Assembly: GCA_965226885.1 (NCBI GenBank)
Contig: CBDDEL010000009.1
Span: forward strand, 32,001-96,000
DNA: 64,000 nt
Direction: 5' to 3'
Source of the DNA: Opitutales bacterium
Lineage (GTDB): Bacteria; Verrucomicrobiota; Verrucomicrobiia; Opitutales; UBA2987
Part shown: piece by piece, positions 20,253 through 31,870 of the stretch
Numbering within the stretch: position 1 is the first letter of the stretch
Layout of the letters: each line of letters starts with the position of its first letter
Program-made: the position numbers and the translations under genes
Notes under the pieces: model-generated
What the model was told of the DNA's origin: nothing
Database searches by the model: none
Seen by the model: only the letters and a program-made list of their open reading frames with translations

Positions 20253-21089
20253 ATGAACATAACTCTTAAAGACCTCCTGGATGCAGGATTGCATTTCGGG
20301 CACCAATTACGTCGTTACAACCCAAAATCCAAGAAATACATTTTCGACAATCGCCACGGAATCTCGATTATCGACCTGGAAATAGCTTACGGCAAACTGG
20401 AGGAAGCCACCCAATTCGTGGAGGAGCTGGCCAAGACCAGCCAGAAGATTCTTTTTGTCGGTACCAAGCGGCAAGCCAAGGAAATCATCCGGGAAGCGGC
20501 TATTCAATGCCAGATGCCTTATTGCGCGAGCCGTTGGCTGGGAGGCACTTTGACTAATTTTGCCACCATCAAAAACAGCATGGCAAAGTATCGAAAATAC
20601 CTGGCCATGGAGGCGGACGGCAGCCTGGATAAAACACATAAAAAGGAAGCCGCCGCCATACGTCGCGATATGAGCCGCATGCATCGCAATTTCGAGGGTA
20701 TTATCGATATGACCGACCTTCCGGCGGCGATGTTTGTCATCGACACCAAGCATGAGCAAATCGCCGTGGCAGAAGCCAACCGGCTGGAAATTCCGGTCAT
20801 CGGCCTGGTTGATACAAATTCCGACCCCACCATTATCAACTACCCCATTCCGGGCAATGACGATTCTTCGAAATCAGTCCGTTTGATTGTCGAGGTGATA
20901 ATGGAAGCAGTGCAGGATGGCATTGCCCGGCGGCAGGCACCTCAGGCAAACCAGGGGCTGGCCCCTATGTTGAGGGATGAAGCCAAGGAGGAACAACTGC
21001 CCGTGACCCCAATGGCCCCGATGGCCTCTATGGCCGACGCGCCGGTGGTTTCCGAGATTCCCGAATCTTATTCCACGGACCAGGATTAA
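20253..21089 (+). CDS. rpsB: 30S ribosomal protein S2
   Basis: LLDAGLHFGH, RWLGGTLTN, DTNSDP, PGNDDS. Confidence 0.98.
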   Translation: MNITLKDLLDAGLHFGHQLRRYNPKSKKYIFDNRHGISIIDLEIAYGKLEEATQFVEELAKTSQKILFVGTKRQAKEIIREAAIQCQMPYCASRWLGGTLTNFATIKNSMAKYRKYLAMEADGSLDKTHKKEAAAIRRDMSRMHRNFEGIIDMTDLPAAMFVIDTKHEQIAVAEANRLEIPVIGLVDTNSDPTIINYPIPGNDDSSKSVRLIVEVIMEAVQDGIARRQAPQANQGLAPMLRDEAKEEQLPVTPMAPMASMADAPVVSEIPESYSTDQD

Positions 21090-21214
21090 CCAAAATCTAC
21101 CTTTTCCTCCCAACCCTCGCGTCGCGGGGAATCATTGGGGGAAGGGTGTGGAGTTTTCAGATTTTTCAAACCGGAATTTATAGATAGGTATAGAGAGAAT
21201 TTAATAAACCAGAT

Positions 21215-21808
21215 ATGAGCACAGCAATATCAGCAAAAATGGTAAGCGAGCTTCGGGGGAAAACCGGAGCCGGCTTAATGGATTGTAAAAAAGCACTTGT
21301 CGAGGCCGATGGTGATATGGAGCAAGCGATCACCCTATTACGTAAAAAGGGCATGGCTACAGCCGAAAAAAAATCCGGTCGCACCACAAGCGAGGGTTTG
21401 ATTGGCCAGTACATCCATTTCGGCGGGAAGGTGGGTGTCCTCGTCGAGGTGGCCTGCGAAACGGATTTCGTGGCCAAAACAGAGGATTTCGGCAATTTGA
21501 TCAAAGATATTTGCCTGCACATTGCGGCGGCTAATCCTCAATACGTAATACGGGAGGAGGTTCCCGAAGATGTTCTGGCCAAGGAAAGGGAAATTGCCGG
21601 CGCCCAGGTGCAAGGCAAACCGGCCCATATCATAGAAAAAGTGGTGGACGGCAAATTGGAAAAAATTTACCAGTCTCTTTGCCTGATGGAGCAGCCTTTC
21701 GTGAAAAACCCGGACCAGTCGATTAAAGATCTTGTAGCCGCCAGTATTTCTAAAACCGGTGAAAATATTGTGATCCGGCGCTTTACCCGATACCAGCTTG
21801 GAGAGTGA
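21215..21808 (+). CDS. tsf: Elongation factor Ts (short form, 197 aa)
   Basis: LRGKTGAGLMDCKKAL, ETDFVA, RRFTRYQLGE; follows rpsB. Confidence 0.97.
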   Translation: MSTAISAKMVSELRGKTGAGLMDCKKALVEADGDMEQAITLLRKKGMATAEKKSGRTTSEGLIGQYIHFGGKVGVLVEVACETDFVAKTEDFGNLIKDICLHIAAANPQYVIREEVPEDVLAKEREIAGAQVQGKPAHIIEKVVDGKLEKIYQSLCLMEQPFVKNPDQSIKDLVAASISKTGENIVIRRFTRYQLGE

Positions 21809-21902
21809 TTTCATTTTTTGTGATTGCTTAAATAAATATTTTATTCGGGCAGTCCATGTAAATTAAGGGTGCTTTCCCCCTCATCAGAAAGCGATATTTC
21901 CC

Positions 21903-22796
21903 GTGAACGCCATCATCGACAGCCACGTTCACTGTTATTGGCCGGAGGTTGTGGCCGATCCTCGCGGCTGGGCCGCCGCCATGAGAGAAAACCACTGGGC
22001 TGAACTACACGCTCCACCGCCGGGTAGCAGATCGATTGCCGGATGGGCGGATGCTGACGGCCTGCTCGCCGACATGGACAAGGCGGGTGTCGAACGGGCC
22101 GTTTTGCTGGGTTGGTATTGGGAAAACCAGGACACCTGCGACCAGCAAAACCAATGGCATACTGACTGGGTTAGAGAACACCCTGATCGTTTTATTGGAT
22201 TTGCGGCGGTTCAACCGATGGCGGAAGAACGGGCCTTCGAGGCGGTGCGCCGGGCCATCGACGGGGGGTTGTCCGGCATTGGAGAAATGCTGCCTGCGGC
22301 CCAGGGTTTTTCCCACACCAACTCTACCTGGCTGCGAATTCTGGATTGGGCACAGGGAGAAAATTTACCCATCACCATTCATGTTACCGAGGCGGCCGGG
22401 CACGATTATGCGGGCAAAGTGGAAACTCCGCTGGAGGAATATCAATGGCTGGCCAGGCAGTTTCCCAACCTCAAAATGATACTGGCTCACTGGGGTGGAG
22501 GGCTGCCTTTTTATGAATTGAACGCGACCTGCCGCAAAGATTTTCAAAACATCTTTTACGATACCGCCGCCAGCCCGCTCCTTTATGACAAAAAGATTTT
22601 CCGGGTGGTGGCCGATATGGTGGGGGCGGACAAGATTTTATTCGGTTCGGATTATCCATTGCGTCTTTTCCCCAAGGTGGACAAAAAGCCCGGATTCGAA
22701 CGTTTTCTGGAGCAAATCGACAACGCCGGTTTAACGGGAATTGAAAAAGAAAAGATTCTCGGCGGCAACGCCCGGAAGCTATTCGTTCTGGGCTAG
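21903..22796 (+). CDS. Amidohydrolase_2 family metal-dependent hydrolase
   Basis: IDSHVH, GIGEM, LAHWGGG, YDTAA, LFGSDYP. Confidence 0.88.
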   Translation: MNAIIDSHVHCYWPEVVADPRGWAAAMRENHWAELHAPPPGSRSIAGWADADGLLADMDKAGVERAVLLGWYWENQDTCDQQNQWHTDWVREHPDRFIGFAAVQPMAEERAFEAVRRAIDGGLSGIGEMLPAAQGFSHTNSTWLRILDWAQGENLPITIHVTEAAGHDYAGKVETPLEEYQWLARQFPNLKMILAHWGGGLPFYELNATCRKDFQNIFYDTAASPLLYDKKIFRVVADMVGADKILFGSDYPLRLFPKVDKKPGFERFLEQIDNAGLTGIEKEKILGGNARKLFVLG

Positions 22797-22817
22797 TGTG
22801 GTGTTATTTAGGTTACA

Positions 22818-24098
22818 TTACACTAGAAGCTGCAGCACATTGACGGGTAAATTATCGGTTTCTTTCCGGTAGATAATCTGCAATCCGCCGCTCAGGCCAT
22901 TGTCCAGAAATACGGGTATGGTCAGGATGGGCAACCCGGCAAAACTGCCTGGAGCGGTCAGCTGAAGAAGGTCCAGGCGGGTTTTCTCGGACATGCTGTC
23001 CTGGCCGATGGCCGGATAAGGTGTGGCCGGAATGACCAGATAATCGAAATCGACCAAGAGTTCATAAACGGCATCACGCAGATAGTCGGAAAAATCGCGG
23101 GCCGCCAGCAAGTCGTCCATAGTTCTCTGGCTGCCTTCATGGATGCGTTCCCATACTCTTGCGCTATAATCGCCGCGGTTTTTATCGAGCCAGTTTTTGT
23201 GGGTTCTCCAGGCCTCAATGCTAACTATCACTTTGTAATGTTCTACCCCGCCCGCGAACACTTTATCCAGAATGACGGAATGAGAGGGTATTCGTTCCAA
23301 ATCCAGTTTTTGAATAGTTTGACGATACTTTTCCAGTAGATCGGGTTCTATCATTTCGTCGTAAGCGTCAAAATAAAAACCACGGCGGACTTTTCTATCT
23401 TCGGTTGCGCCAATCAATGCGCACAGGGTCTTGATCATATCACCGGCCGAACCGGTGAACCATCCCGGCGTATCGAAAGTTGGAGCCAGGGGGAAGGCGC
23501 CCTTCGTTATCCACGGATTGCCGGGATAGAGCCTCATGCCGTAAATTCCGCAGAACGAGGCCGGAGTGCGGATGGACCCGCCGGTGTCGGAGCCGAAAGC
23601 CAGAGGCACCAGACCGCTGCCCACCGCCCAGGCGGACCCGCTGCTGGAGCCTCCGCTCAACCGGTCAGGGAAATCGGGATGAGGGCAGTTGCCGAAATGG
23701 TCGTTGCGCCCGCTCAAGCCATAGGCGAATTCGTTCATTTGAGTTTTACCGCAAAAAAGAGCGTCATGCTTCTCCATGTCATTAAAGAGAGCAGAGGAAT
23801 TTTCCGGTATTCCCCGAACCTGGGCTAAAAAAGGAGAACCGCAATGGGTCTCCAGGCCGGCGACATCGAACAAATCTTTCAGCAGGTAAGGCGTTCCGCC
23901 CAGAGGCTTGGACAAGTTTTCGGCCGCCTCAAGGAAACTAGATTCGAGGATTTCTTTTTTGGGAAGATAGCTGAAAATTGCCTTTTTTTCATTCTCCGGA
24001 ATAGACTTAATCCGGTTCAGGAAGTGGTGCAGGGCTTCTTTCGGGTCGCGGCGCAGACGCTCTTTCCAAGCATCGATATTGTCCCGGGCAGGCATCAT
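22818..24098 (-). CDS. Amidase-signature family enzyme
   Basis: KDLFD, GGSSSGSA, GSDTGGSIRTPASFCG. Confidence 0.92.
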   Translation of the reverse strand: MMPARDNIDAWKERLRRDPKEALHHFLNRIKSIPENEKKAIFSYLPKKEILESSFLEAAENLSKPLGGTPYLLKDLFDVAGLETHCGSPFLAQVRGIPENSSALFNDMEKHDALFCGKTQMNEFAYGLSGRNDHFGNCPHPDFPDRLSGGSSSGSAWAVGSGLVPLAFGSDTGGSIRTPASFCGIYGMRLYPGNPWITKGAFPLAPTFDTPGWFTGSAGDMIKTLCALIGATEDRKVRRGFYFDAYDEMIEPDLLEKYRQTIQKLDLERIPSHSVILDKVFAGGVEHYKVIVSIEAWRTHKNWLDKNRGDYSARVWERIHEGSQRTMDDLLAARDFSDYLRDAVYELLVDFDYLVIPATPYPAIGQDSMSEKTRLDLLQLTAPGSFAGLPILTIPVFLDNGLSGGLQIIYRKETDNLPVNVLQLLV

Positions 24099-24188
24099 GG
24101 TTTTGCCAACATAGGGAAACTTTGCTCTCTAGCAATACTCTTCCTGGCATTGACCTCTGATGGTTTGTCTATTTTTCTCTATAACAAC

Positions 24189-24656
24189 ATGAGTTTTGAA
24201 AATCGTTTACTGAAACTTGGCATAACCCTGCCGACGACCCCCAAACCGGTAGGAAATTATATTCCCGCCATCATTGATGGAGACAAATTATATACGGCGG
24301 GAATGGTATGCCTGAAGGAGGGGCAAATTACCCATGCGGGCAAGCTCGGCAAGGATTTTACCGTCGAGGAGGGTTATGAAGCCGCTCGGGTCTGCGGTCT
24401 CAATTTATTGGCGGCCATTAAAGGAGCTGCCGGTTCGCTTGATGAGGTGGAAAAATTTCTCACCGTGACGGGCTTCGTCAACGCCACACCCGATTTTCAC
24501 CAAAGCCCCCAGGTCATTAATGGCGCTTCCGATCTCATCGTTGAAGTGTTTGGCGATAAAGGCATACATGCCCGTGCGGCCGTATCGGTAGCCTGTCTGC
24601 CTCTCAACTCTGCCGTCGAGGTCCAGGCCGTGGTCAAGTTGAAAAAGAATAGCTGA
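24189..24656 (+). CDS. RidA/YjgF family protein
   Basis: PVGNYIP, INGASDL, HARAAV, LPLNSAVEV; start set at MSFENRL. Confidence 0.9.
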   Translation: MSFENRLLKLGITLPTTPKPVGNYIPAIIDGDKLYTAGMVCLKEGQITHAGKLGKDFTVEEGYEAARVCGLNLLAAIKGAAGSLDEVEKFLTVTGFVNATPDFHQSPQVINGASDLIVEVFGDKGIHARAAVSVACLPLNSAVEVQAVVKLKKNS

Positions 24657-25616
24657 TTCTCATTCTCACTGTGGTTAACCTCAGTCACGAGGAGTTATCT
24701 CCAGGCTGCTTCTAATTACCAGTCGCAGAAAAAGTTCGTCATCACCGTTTATGGGCACTGTGGCTTCTATAACTTCCACATCACCCAAGTCATCCACAAC
24801 ATTCTCCGTGATGTCCGTATCGAACCAATCGAGTAGATTATTCGACCACTCAACTTGACCAAATGCCGGCGGAACAACTTTGGACCTGAGGTACCCCAAG
24901 GTGAGAAAGCTTCCATCGTCGAATACCTCGAATGCCCCGGTACTATCATAGACAAGCGGATTGAGGCCCATAAAATGCTCTACCAGGTTGGTAAACCCGT
25001 CGCCGTCGAAGTCATCGCCGGGAAGAACGTCAGTCAGGTCTTCGATGGCATCGCCGGGATTAGCCTCGATGATAAACTGCTCAAAGGTGTCCCCCATGCC
25101 ATCGCCGTCGGTATCATTCTGCGGTCCAAACTCAACCGTGAGCCCCTGAATGGCATCCAGGGCATCAATGATCAGCCGCTGCGCAGAGCCGGAATTCACA
25201 TCGATGAAGTTGGCTTGCACCCGCAGACCCGCACCGCTTACAAAAAAGTCATCCCGCAGGTCGATCAAACCCGCCAAAGGGCCGATATCCGTGAGCAGGT
25301 TGTTATCGAGCCAGAGCTGTCCCAATTGGGTCAGTTCGCTCAACGGGTTCAAGTCGCTGATTTGGTTGAAACTAAGGTCAAGGAAGGTCAGGTTCACCGC
25401 AGTCTCCAATCCCATCAGGTCGGTAATACCTAAATCCGCGGCATTCAGAGATGTCAGATCGGTCATGTCCGCCAGGGTAACAACAAATTGGAAGAATAAA
25501 TCCAGTTCATCGCGGATTGCATTTTCGAGCGCTGTATCGGGTATGGAGACGCCCACGGTCAGTTCCACCGTGATCATGATGGTTGGTTCGTCGGGGTCGT
25601 TGGAGGTAATGGTTAG

Positions 25617-27183
25617 CCCGGATATTTCATGAAGGGTAAAGTTTGGCTCGTTATTGCTATTGGAGATGGATTTCTTTGTATTTTGAGCAGATCGTCTTGA
25701 TTTTTAGGTGTTTTTCAGGGTGTAGAGACACTGCCCCCTTTCCCCCATTGGTTCGGTAGTGCCGGGGGCAGCACCAATGCACCCTTTAGGTTGGCACCAA
25801 TCGGCGGGCCGCATGGTTGAAAAGACTGGCCCAAGGATAACTCTCACTTAGGTGAAAGTGAATCGTTCGGGTGTTGCGCACGATGACCGCTCCGATCTTG
25901 ATTAATTTGAGCCGCAGGGTGTGGCATTGGGCCCGCGCCCACTTCGTCCCTTTTAAGGCTAACCGGCGCATGGCTTCCATCAAGGTGTAGGCCAGCGCCG
26001 ACAAGAGCAATCGCCACTGATTGGCCCACCATTGATGGGCGCTGGTGCGCTCGCTGAACAATTGCATCTGTTCCTTGATTCGGTTCTCCATTTCACCGCG
26101 GCCACAGTATACCTTGTCGTAAAGCTCCTGGGGATCGCCCGGCAGGTTCGTCACCACGAAGCGCGGGTTGGACCCCTGTGTGGTGTGTTCGGCTTTATGG
26201 ATGACCAACCGCAGCCATCGCCACGAATCGGCAGCATAGACGAAGTCCTGGAATAACCGTTGTTTTTTACCCCTTAGTTCGAACCATTCTTTGGCCTGCT
26301 TTTGCAACTGCTGGGCGTCTTGCTGCAAGCGTGCATTGCGAGCCATCCCCACGATGTAACTAACTTCGTTGCGGTCGCACCAAGAGAGTATCCGGTCTCG
26401 ACAAAATCCACTGTCGGCGCGCCAAATAATCCGCGTACGGGGCCAGCTTTGGCGAATCCGTTTAACCAGCAATTTGAGGATGGCCCCGGCATGCTTGCTG
26501 GCATCGATCTTGCTCGGCCGCAGGTAGGCCACCAGCAGCTGATCACCGCAAAAAACATATAGCGGCAGAAAACAGTAATGATCATAATAACCGTGGAAAA
26601 AACGTCCCTCCTGGAGCCCGTGCACCGGATTGTCGGTGGCGTCAAAGTCCAGGATGATCTCTTCGGGTTCCTCGGCAAAGGAGCCCATGAACTGTTCGAC
26701 CAACAGCTCGTTTACCGCAAAGGCCGCCCGCCGATCCTGCCCGTTTTCAAAACGACACAAAGTCGGCGCGCTGGCCAACGTTTCAATGCGCCCCGTTACC
26801 GTTTGCAACAATGGATCGTGGCGCAGGGTATCAAAGTCGTTCAAATCCTCATAGCCCGCCACCAGCCCGTAAACGCGCTGCCGCAGCATCCCCAATACCT
26901 CATGGCGTACTTTGCCCTTCTGCCGTTTGTCCACTAACTGTCGGGCCGCTCGTTCGGTCAAGCCCAACTGCCGATCCACTTCCCGGATCAAAAGCAGTCC
27001 GGCATCCGAAGTAACCTCTCCGCCCTTGAAATCAACCCGCACACGGCGGCCTTTTACCCTTGTCAACTGTAGCTTTAATTGTTTACCTTTTGTCATCGCT
27101 GATATTGCTTTAATTATTGATCTATCCTGCTGTATATCAGCAGTTAAGCATATCAACGATACTTTTTTTACGAAATATCCGGG
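25617..27183 (-). mobile_element. IS1380-family element, copy 2
   Basis: Same IRs, TSD TTAG; transposase 25786-27156. Confidence 0.95.
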
Positions 27184-29576
27184 TTAGCATACCGACATAA
27201 TCACCCGGGGCCAACGCGCTGGCGTCAATTATAACGTCTACGAAGTCAAAATCCAGGGACGAAATTGAGCCGGAAACCGGGTCCGTTGTGAGCCAGAAAC
27301 TGTCAGAGGCGATGGCATAATCGAGCGGTTCTCCTCCGTTGTTATCTATAAATAAGAAGTCAAAAGTGGTGCCTCCGGAGACCACCTCCGGAAAAATTGA
27401 GCTGGGTGCGCTGATATCCGGTGGACCCACGGTTAGGTCCACATCGACAAATATTTCCGTTTCGTTCGGGTCGTCTGAGGAAATGGTGAGGAAACCAAAG
27501 TAAAGACCTGTAGTTAGACCCGTGGCATCGATATCCACGGAAATATCGATGGCATCAGCCCCCGCCGCTATGGAACCACTATCGGGAGCCGGCAAAAGCC
27601 ATGTTTGACTCGATGTGATGGTGTAGTTGAGCGTGTCAGTACCAAGGTTTTCAATAGTTGTGGATATATTGGTCGATTGGTCGATCCCAAGCCCGAGGGC
27701 AAAAAATAAAGGCGAGACGTTGATATCGGGCACATCCGCCACCGTCAAATTGACCGGCAAAGCGGTCAAGGCTTCATCGATATCGTTAGAGAATACATTA
27801 ACGACGCCGGTGTAGAATCCCAAGGAGAGATCAGCGGCCGAGAAGGCGAACTCTACCGAATCGAAAAATTGGGATTCCTGGCTTTGCTTTGCGGGCGCAA
27901 TCCGGGTCAGCCACGATGGGAGATTAGTTCCTGAATTGACCGTCACATCATCCACTTTCCAGCCGGGAAAGTCGTTGAAAACGTTATCAAGAGAATCAAG
28001 AAAGAAGCGGACGCGAATGACCTGGCCTGCAAATGGGGTGAGGTCGAGAGAAGTAAAAATCCAGCCATTGCTATCTCCGGATGGAGCGGTGCCTGTGTTA
28101 TTGATATCCGCAAAGCCACGCAACTGCGTCCAGGTTTGTCCGTCGTCGATACTGGCATCTACCATTACATAGTCCCATCCTTGTTCTGTATAGTAATCTT
28201 CGAAGAAACTTAGAGTAATGACCCCGGTAATTGATGTAAGGTCGATCGGTGGGCTGATGAGGGCGTTTTGTATGTGATTGCCGGTCTCATAATCTCCGGT
28301 GGCTGGGTCGGCCGCCCACCAACTGGTGTTGGGACTGTAACTGTCTATAGTAGTCTGGTGCCAGAGGTCGTCGATCCCGTCTTCGACCAGCGCGGTAGTC
28401 CACCCGATGGAGCCGCTTTCAAAATCTTCGAAGAAAATGATATTTGCCAGGACCGGTTCGATTTGCCAGTCAAGAAAATCGCCCCCGATGTTGCCGATTG
28501 TGAGGAACGACGAGAAAGCCTCACCGGGCGCCACAGTCAGGTCGACCGAGGCGGCGCTAAAATCAATATTGGCGTTGGGAATAATCTCCAGAGTAACCGT
28601 GGCCGTATCGGTGGCCTCATCGGCGTCGATCACCTCATAGACAAAGCTGTCGGAGAAGTTTTCCGTGCCATCGTGGGTGTAGGTGAATGTGCCGTCCACC
28701 GCCAGGGTCAGGGCGCCGTGGTTTGGCCCGCTCACTGGGGATGTGTTTACTGTCAATATATCAAAGGGCAGTTCTGGGTCGGTGTCGTTGTCCAATACGC
28801 TGGAGAATCCGCCGACAAGAACCGAAACTGTGCCGCCCTCGGCCACAGTCCCAAAGTCATCACTTCCCACCGGTGGATTATTCTCGAGACTGATTGAAAT
28901 GTTAAACCCGCCCGAACCGTTGGGGTGAAAAAAGATGTTCGAATCTTGGGCTATATCTACCGGAGGCGGAGGAGTGTATTCAAACCACTCATATATTGTT
29001 GGTTCTGCCACGCTGTCAAAAGGCGCATCTGTTGTGTAATCAATACTCGCGGGATCCGTCACACCTCCTCCGGGACTGATGCCTATAAGGACATCATTAT
29101 CATCATCGGCCGTGAAGCCGTATTTGTTGAATCCCATGCTTATGTTTCCATCCTCGAGAAGTTGCACCTGGACACTAACCGGAGAACCAGACCATAAAGT
29201 AACGGTGTCCCATGTAACGACAACACGGTCTATCTCCGGGTCGGCATCGTCATCGGGGAAGGTGTTTAAATACACATCGCCGAAGGTTTCGGGGTCCAAA
29301 TCGGTCCAGAAGGGAGCGATGCGGGCAAAGGCATCTCCCGTCAAATCAGTAGGATTACCACTACAACAACCATGTCCATTACTGCCGCCGAGGCTGATAA
29401 ATCCGTTGCTGGAAATGGATAATATGTCGGCGCCGGTATAGGTTGTGGCGGCAAACGGGAATGAAAATGTCCCAAAGGTGGAGTCATCGACATCATCATC
29501 AGTGAACCCAAGCGCCGCACCAAAATCTGGCTCCCACACTGGAGGATAATTGACTTCAATAGTGGCTTCAATAGTG

Positions 29577-30378
29577 GGTAGTGTATTAAGTAGGAATGGT
29601 GGCTAATTCTTGATTATATTGATGAATGAAAAGTCTCAGACAGGTTTCATGCATACTCTTAAGCTTGGAAAAGGAGAGGGTTTTGCGTGTGAAACGACCC
29701 AGTCGTTGGCGCAGGGTATTGTTCCATCGTTCCACATGGGCCGTTTCACCGGTTTCTTTTCCCACGGATCGGTTATGAGGAAAGACTTCATCATAAGTGC
29801 TCCAAAAGTCGCTGTAGGTGGCACATCTTTTGTAGGCCCGTGGCAGACGCTCGTAAAGTTCCCGGCAACGATACCAATCCCGAGGCCCAATGGCATAGGA
29901 GAGGATTTGACGGGTGCGTCGGCAAAGAGCGATCCAAACCCATTGGGCATCGCTCTTGCGCCCCACAAAAGACCACAGTTCGTCCAGTTCAATGACATCA
30001 TGGCGGCGGGCCGCAAGAATCGTGCTTTTGAGCGGTCGCAGCGATTGTCGTTTTTTTTAACCAACTCAAAACGGTGTTGGGACTCACCCCGAAGGCGCGC
30101 TGTAAACCGCGTAGACTGCTGCGTTCCTGATAGACTCGCAGGATCATTTCTTTTTGCTCTTCGGTGTATTTCACTGTGGGGTTTTCGCGGCTTTGTTTAC
30201 CACAATCATGGCAGCGGTAGCGCTGTTTATGGTTGGGCGTCTTGCCAAATTTAATGATATTTTCACTTCCACAGTGCCGACAATTAATAATTTTAGTAAC
30301 CATGCACTAAAAATAAACTGCCTAACGCTATTTATACAGCTAAAAATACAAAATAACATTCTTTTTTTATACACTACC
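29577..30378 (-). mobile_element. IS1-family element type A, copy 2 (intact, 802 bp)
   Basis: GGTAGTG/CACTACC ends, 8-bp TSD CAATAGTG; insA 29998-30303, insB frame ending 29586 with ELDELWSFV and HVERWNNTLR. Confidence 0.95.
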
Positions 30379-31870
30379 CAATAGTGACATTAAATCCGCC
30401 TGAACCGTTGGGTTGAAAAATAATATTCGAATCTTCGGCAATATCTACCGGAGGCGGTGGAATGTATTCAAAGAACTCATATATAGTAGGCTCTGTCCCA
30501 CTGTCAAAAGGGGCGCTTGCGGTGTAATCACTACTTCCGGGATCCGTCACAAATCCTCCGGGACTGATACCTATGAGGACATTCTCATCATCATCGACTG
30601 TGAAAATGTAATTGTCGTATCCCATGATTATGGTTCCATCCTCCAAAAGTTGCAACTGAATTCTCACCGGGGAATCAGACCAAAAAGTAGCGGTGTCCCA
30701 TGTGACAACAACACGGTCTATGGCCGGGTCGGCATCGTCATTGGCGAAGGTGTTTAAATATACATCGTCACCGGTTTCCGGGGCTAAGTCGGTCCATAAT
30801 GGTGCAATTCGTGCGACCTCTTCCACTAATTCAGTTGGATCACTGGAATAGTCACTTCCATTATCGCCTCCCAGGCTGATAAAACCGTTGCTGGAAATGG
30901 AAAGCACATCGGAGCCGGTATGGGTTGTGCCGGCAAACGGGAATGAAAACGTCCCAAAGGTGCTGATATTTGTTTCATCATCTCCTAATCCGAGCGCCGC
31001 TCCTATGTCAGACTCCCACCGTGGGGAAGGGGACGAAGATAAAATGTTAATTGCAACCGTCGCGGTGGCGGTTGCCGTCCCGTCACTGATTTCGTAAACA
31101 AAGCTGTCACTGGCCAGCGAAAGTCCATCGTGGGTGTAGGTGAATGTGCCGTCCACCGCCAGGATCAGGGTGCCGTGGTTCGGCCCGCTTATTGGGGTTG
31201 TGTTTACTGTCAGGATATCCGTTTCGACGGCCAAGTCGTTGGCCAAAACGCTGGTGGCACCGCCGCCGAGGATTGTCACCGTGCCCCCCTCGTTGACCGA
31301 GGTGGCATCATCGTTGGCAACTGGCAGGTTTTGCGGCTCGAACTCCACCGTCAGACCGGAGATGGCATTGAGGGTGTCGATAATCAGCCGTTGCGCCGAG
31401 TCAGGATCCACATCGATGAAGTTGTCCTGCAATCGAAGGCCCGGACCGTCTTCCTCGTAATCATCCTCAAGATTGATCAAACCGGCCAACGCTCCGATAT
31501 CTATGATTAGATTATTATGGAGCCAGAGCTGAACTAATTGCGTCTTCCCACTCAAGGGGTTCAGATCGCTGATCAGGTTGTTTTCGAGGAATAGAATTTC
31601 CAGACTGTTAAGCCCGCTCAGGGCGCTGATTTCGATGATTTGGTTGTTGTTGAGCGTAAGCTCCAACAGGTTGGTCAAACCGCTCAGGGCAGTAATATCG
31701 CCGATCAGGTTGTTTTCGAGAGCCAGATATGTTAGGCTAGTGGCAAGTCCACTCAGGCCTGTGATATCAGTTAGCTGGTTATTGTCGAGTTGCAGATTTG
31801 TCAGGCTGGTGAATCCACTCAGGATGTTTGTATCGCTGATAGTGGTAATCAGGTTACCGGAGAGGGATAG

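Noticed and set aside
23844..24188. N-terminal extension of the RidA ORF
   Set aside because: Overlaps the divergent amidase; family similarity starts at 24189
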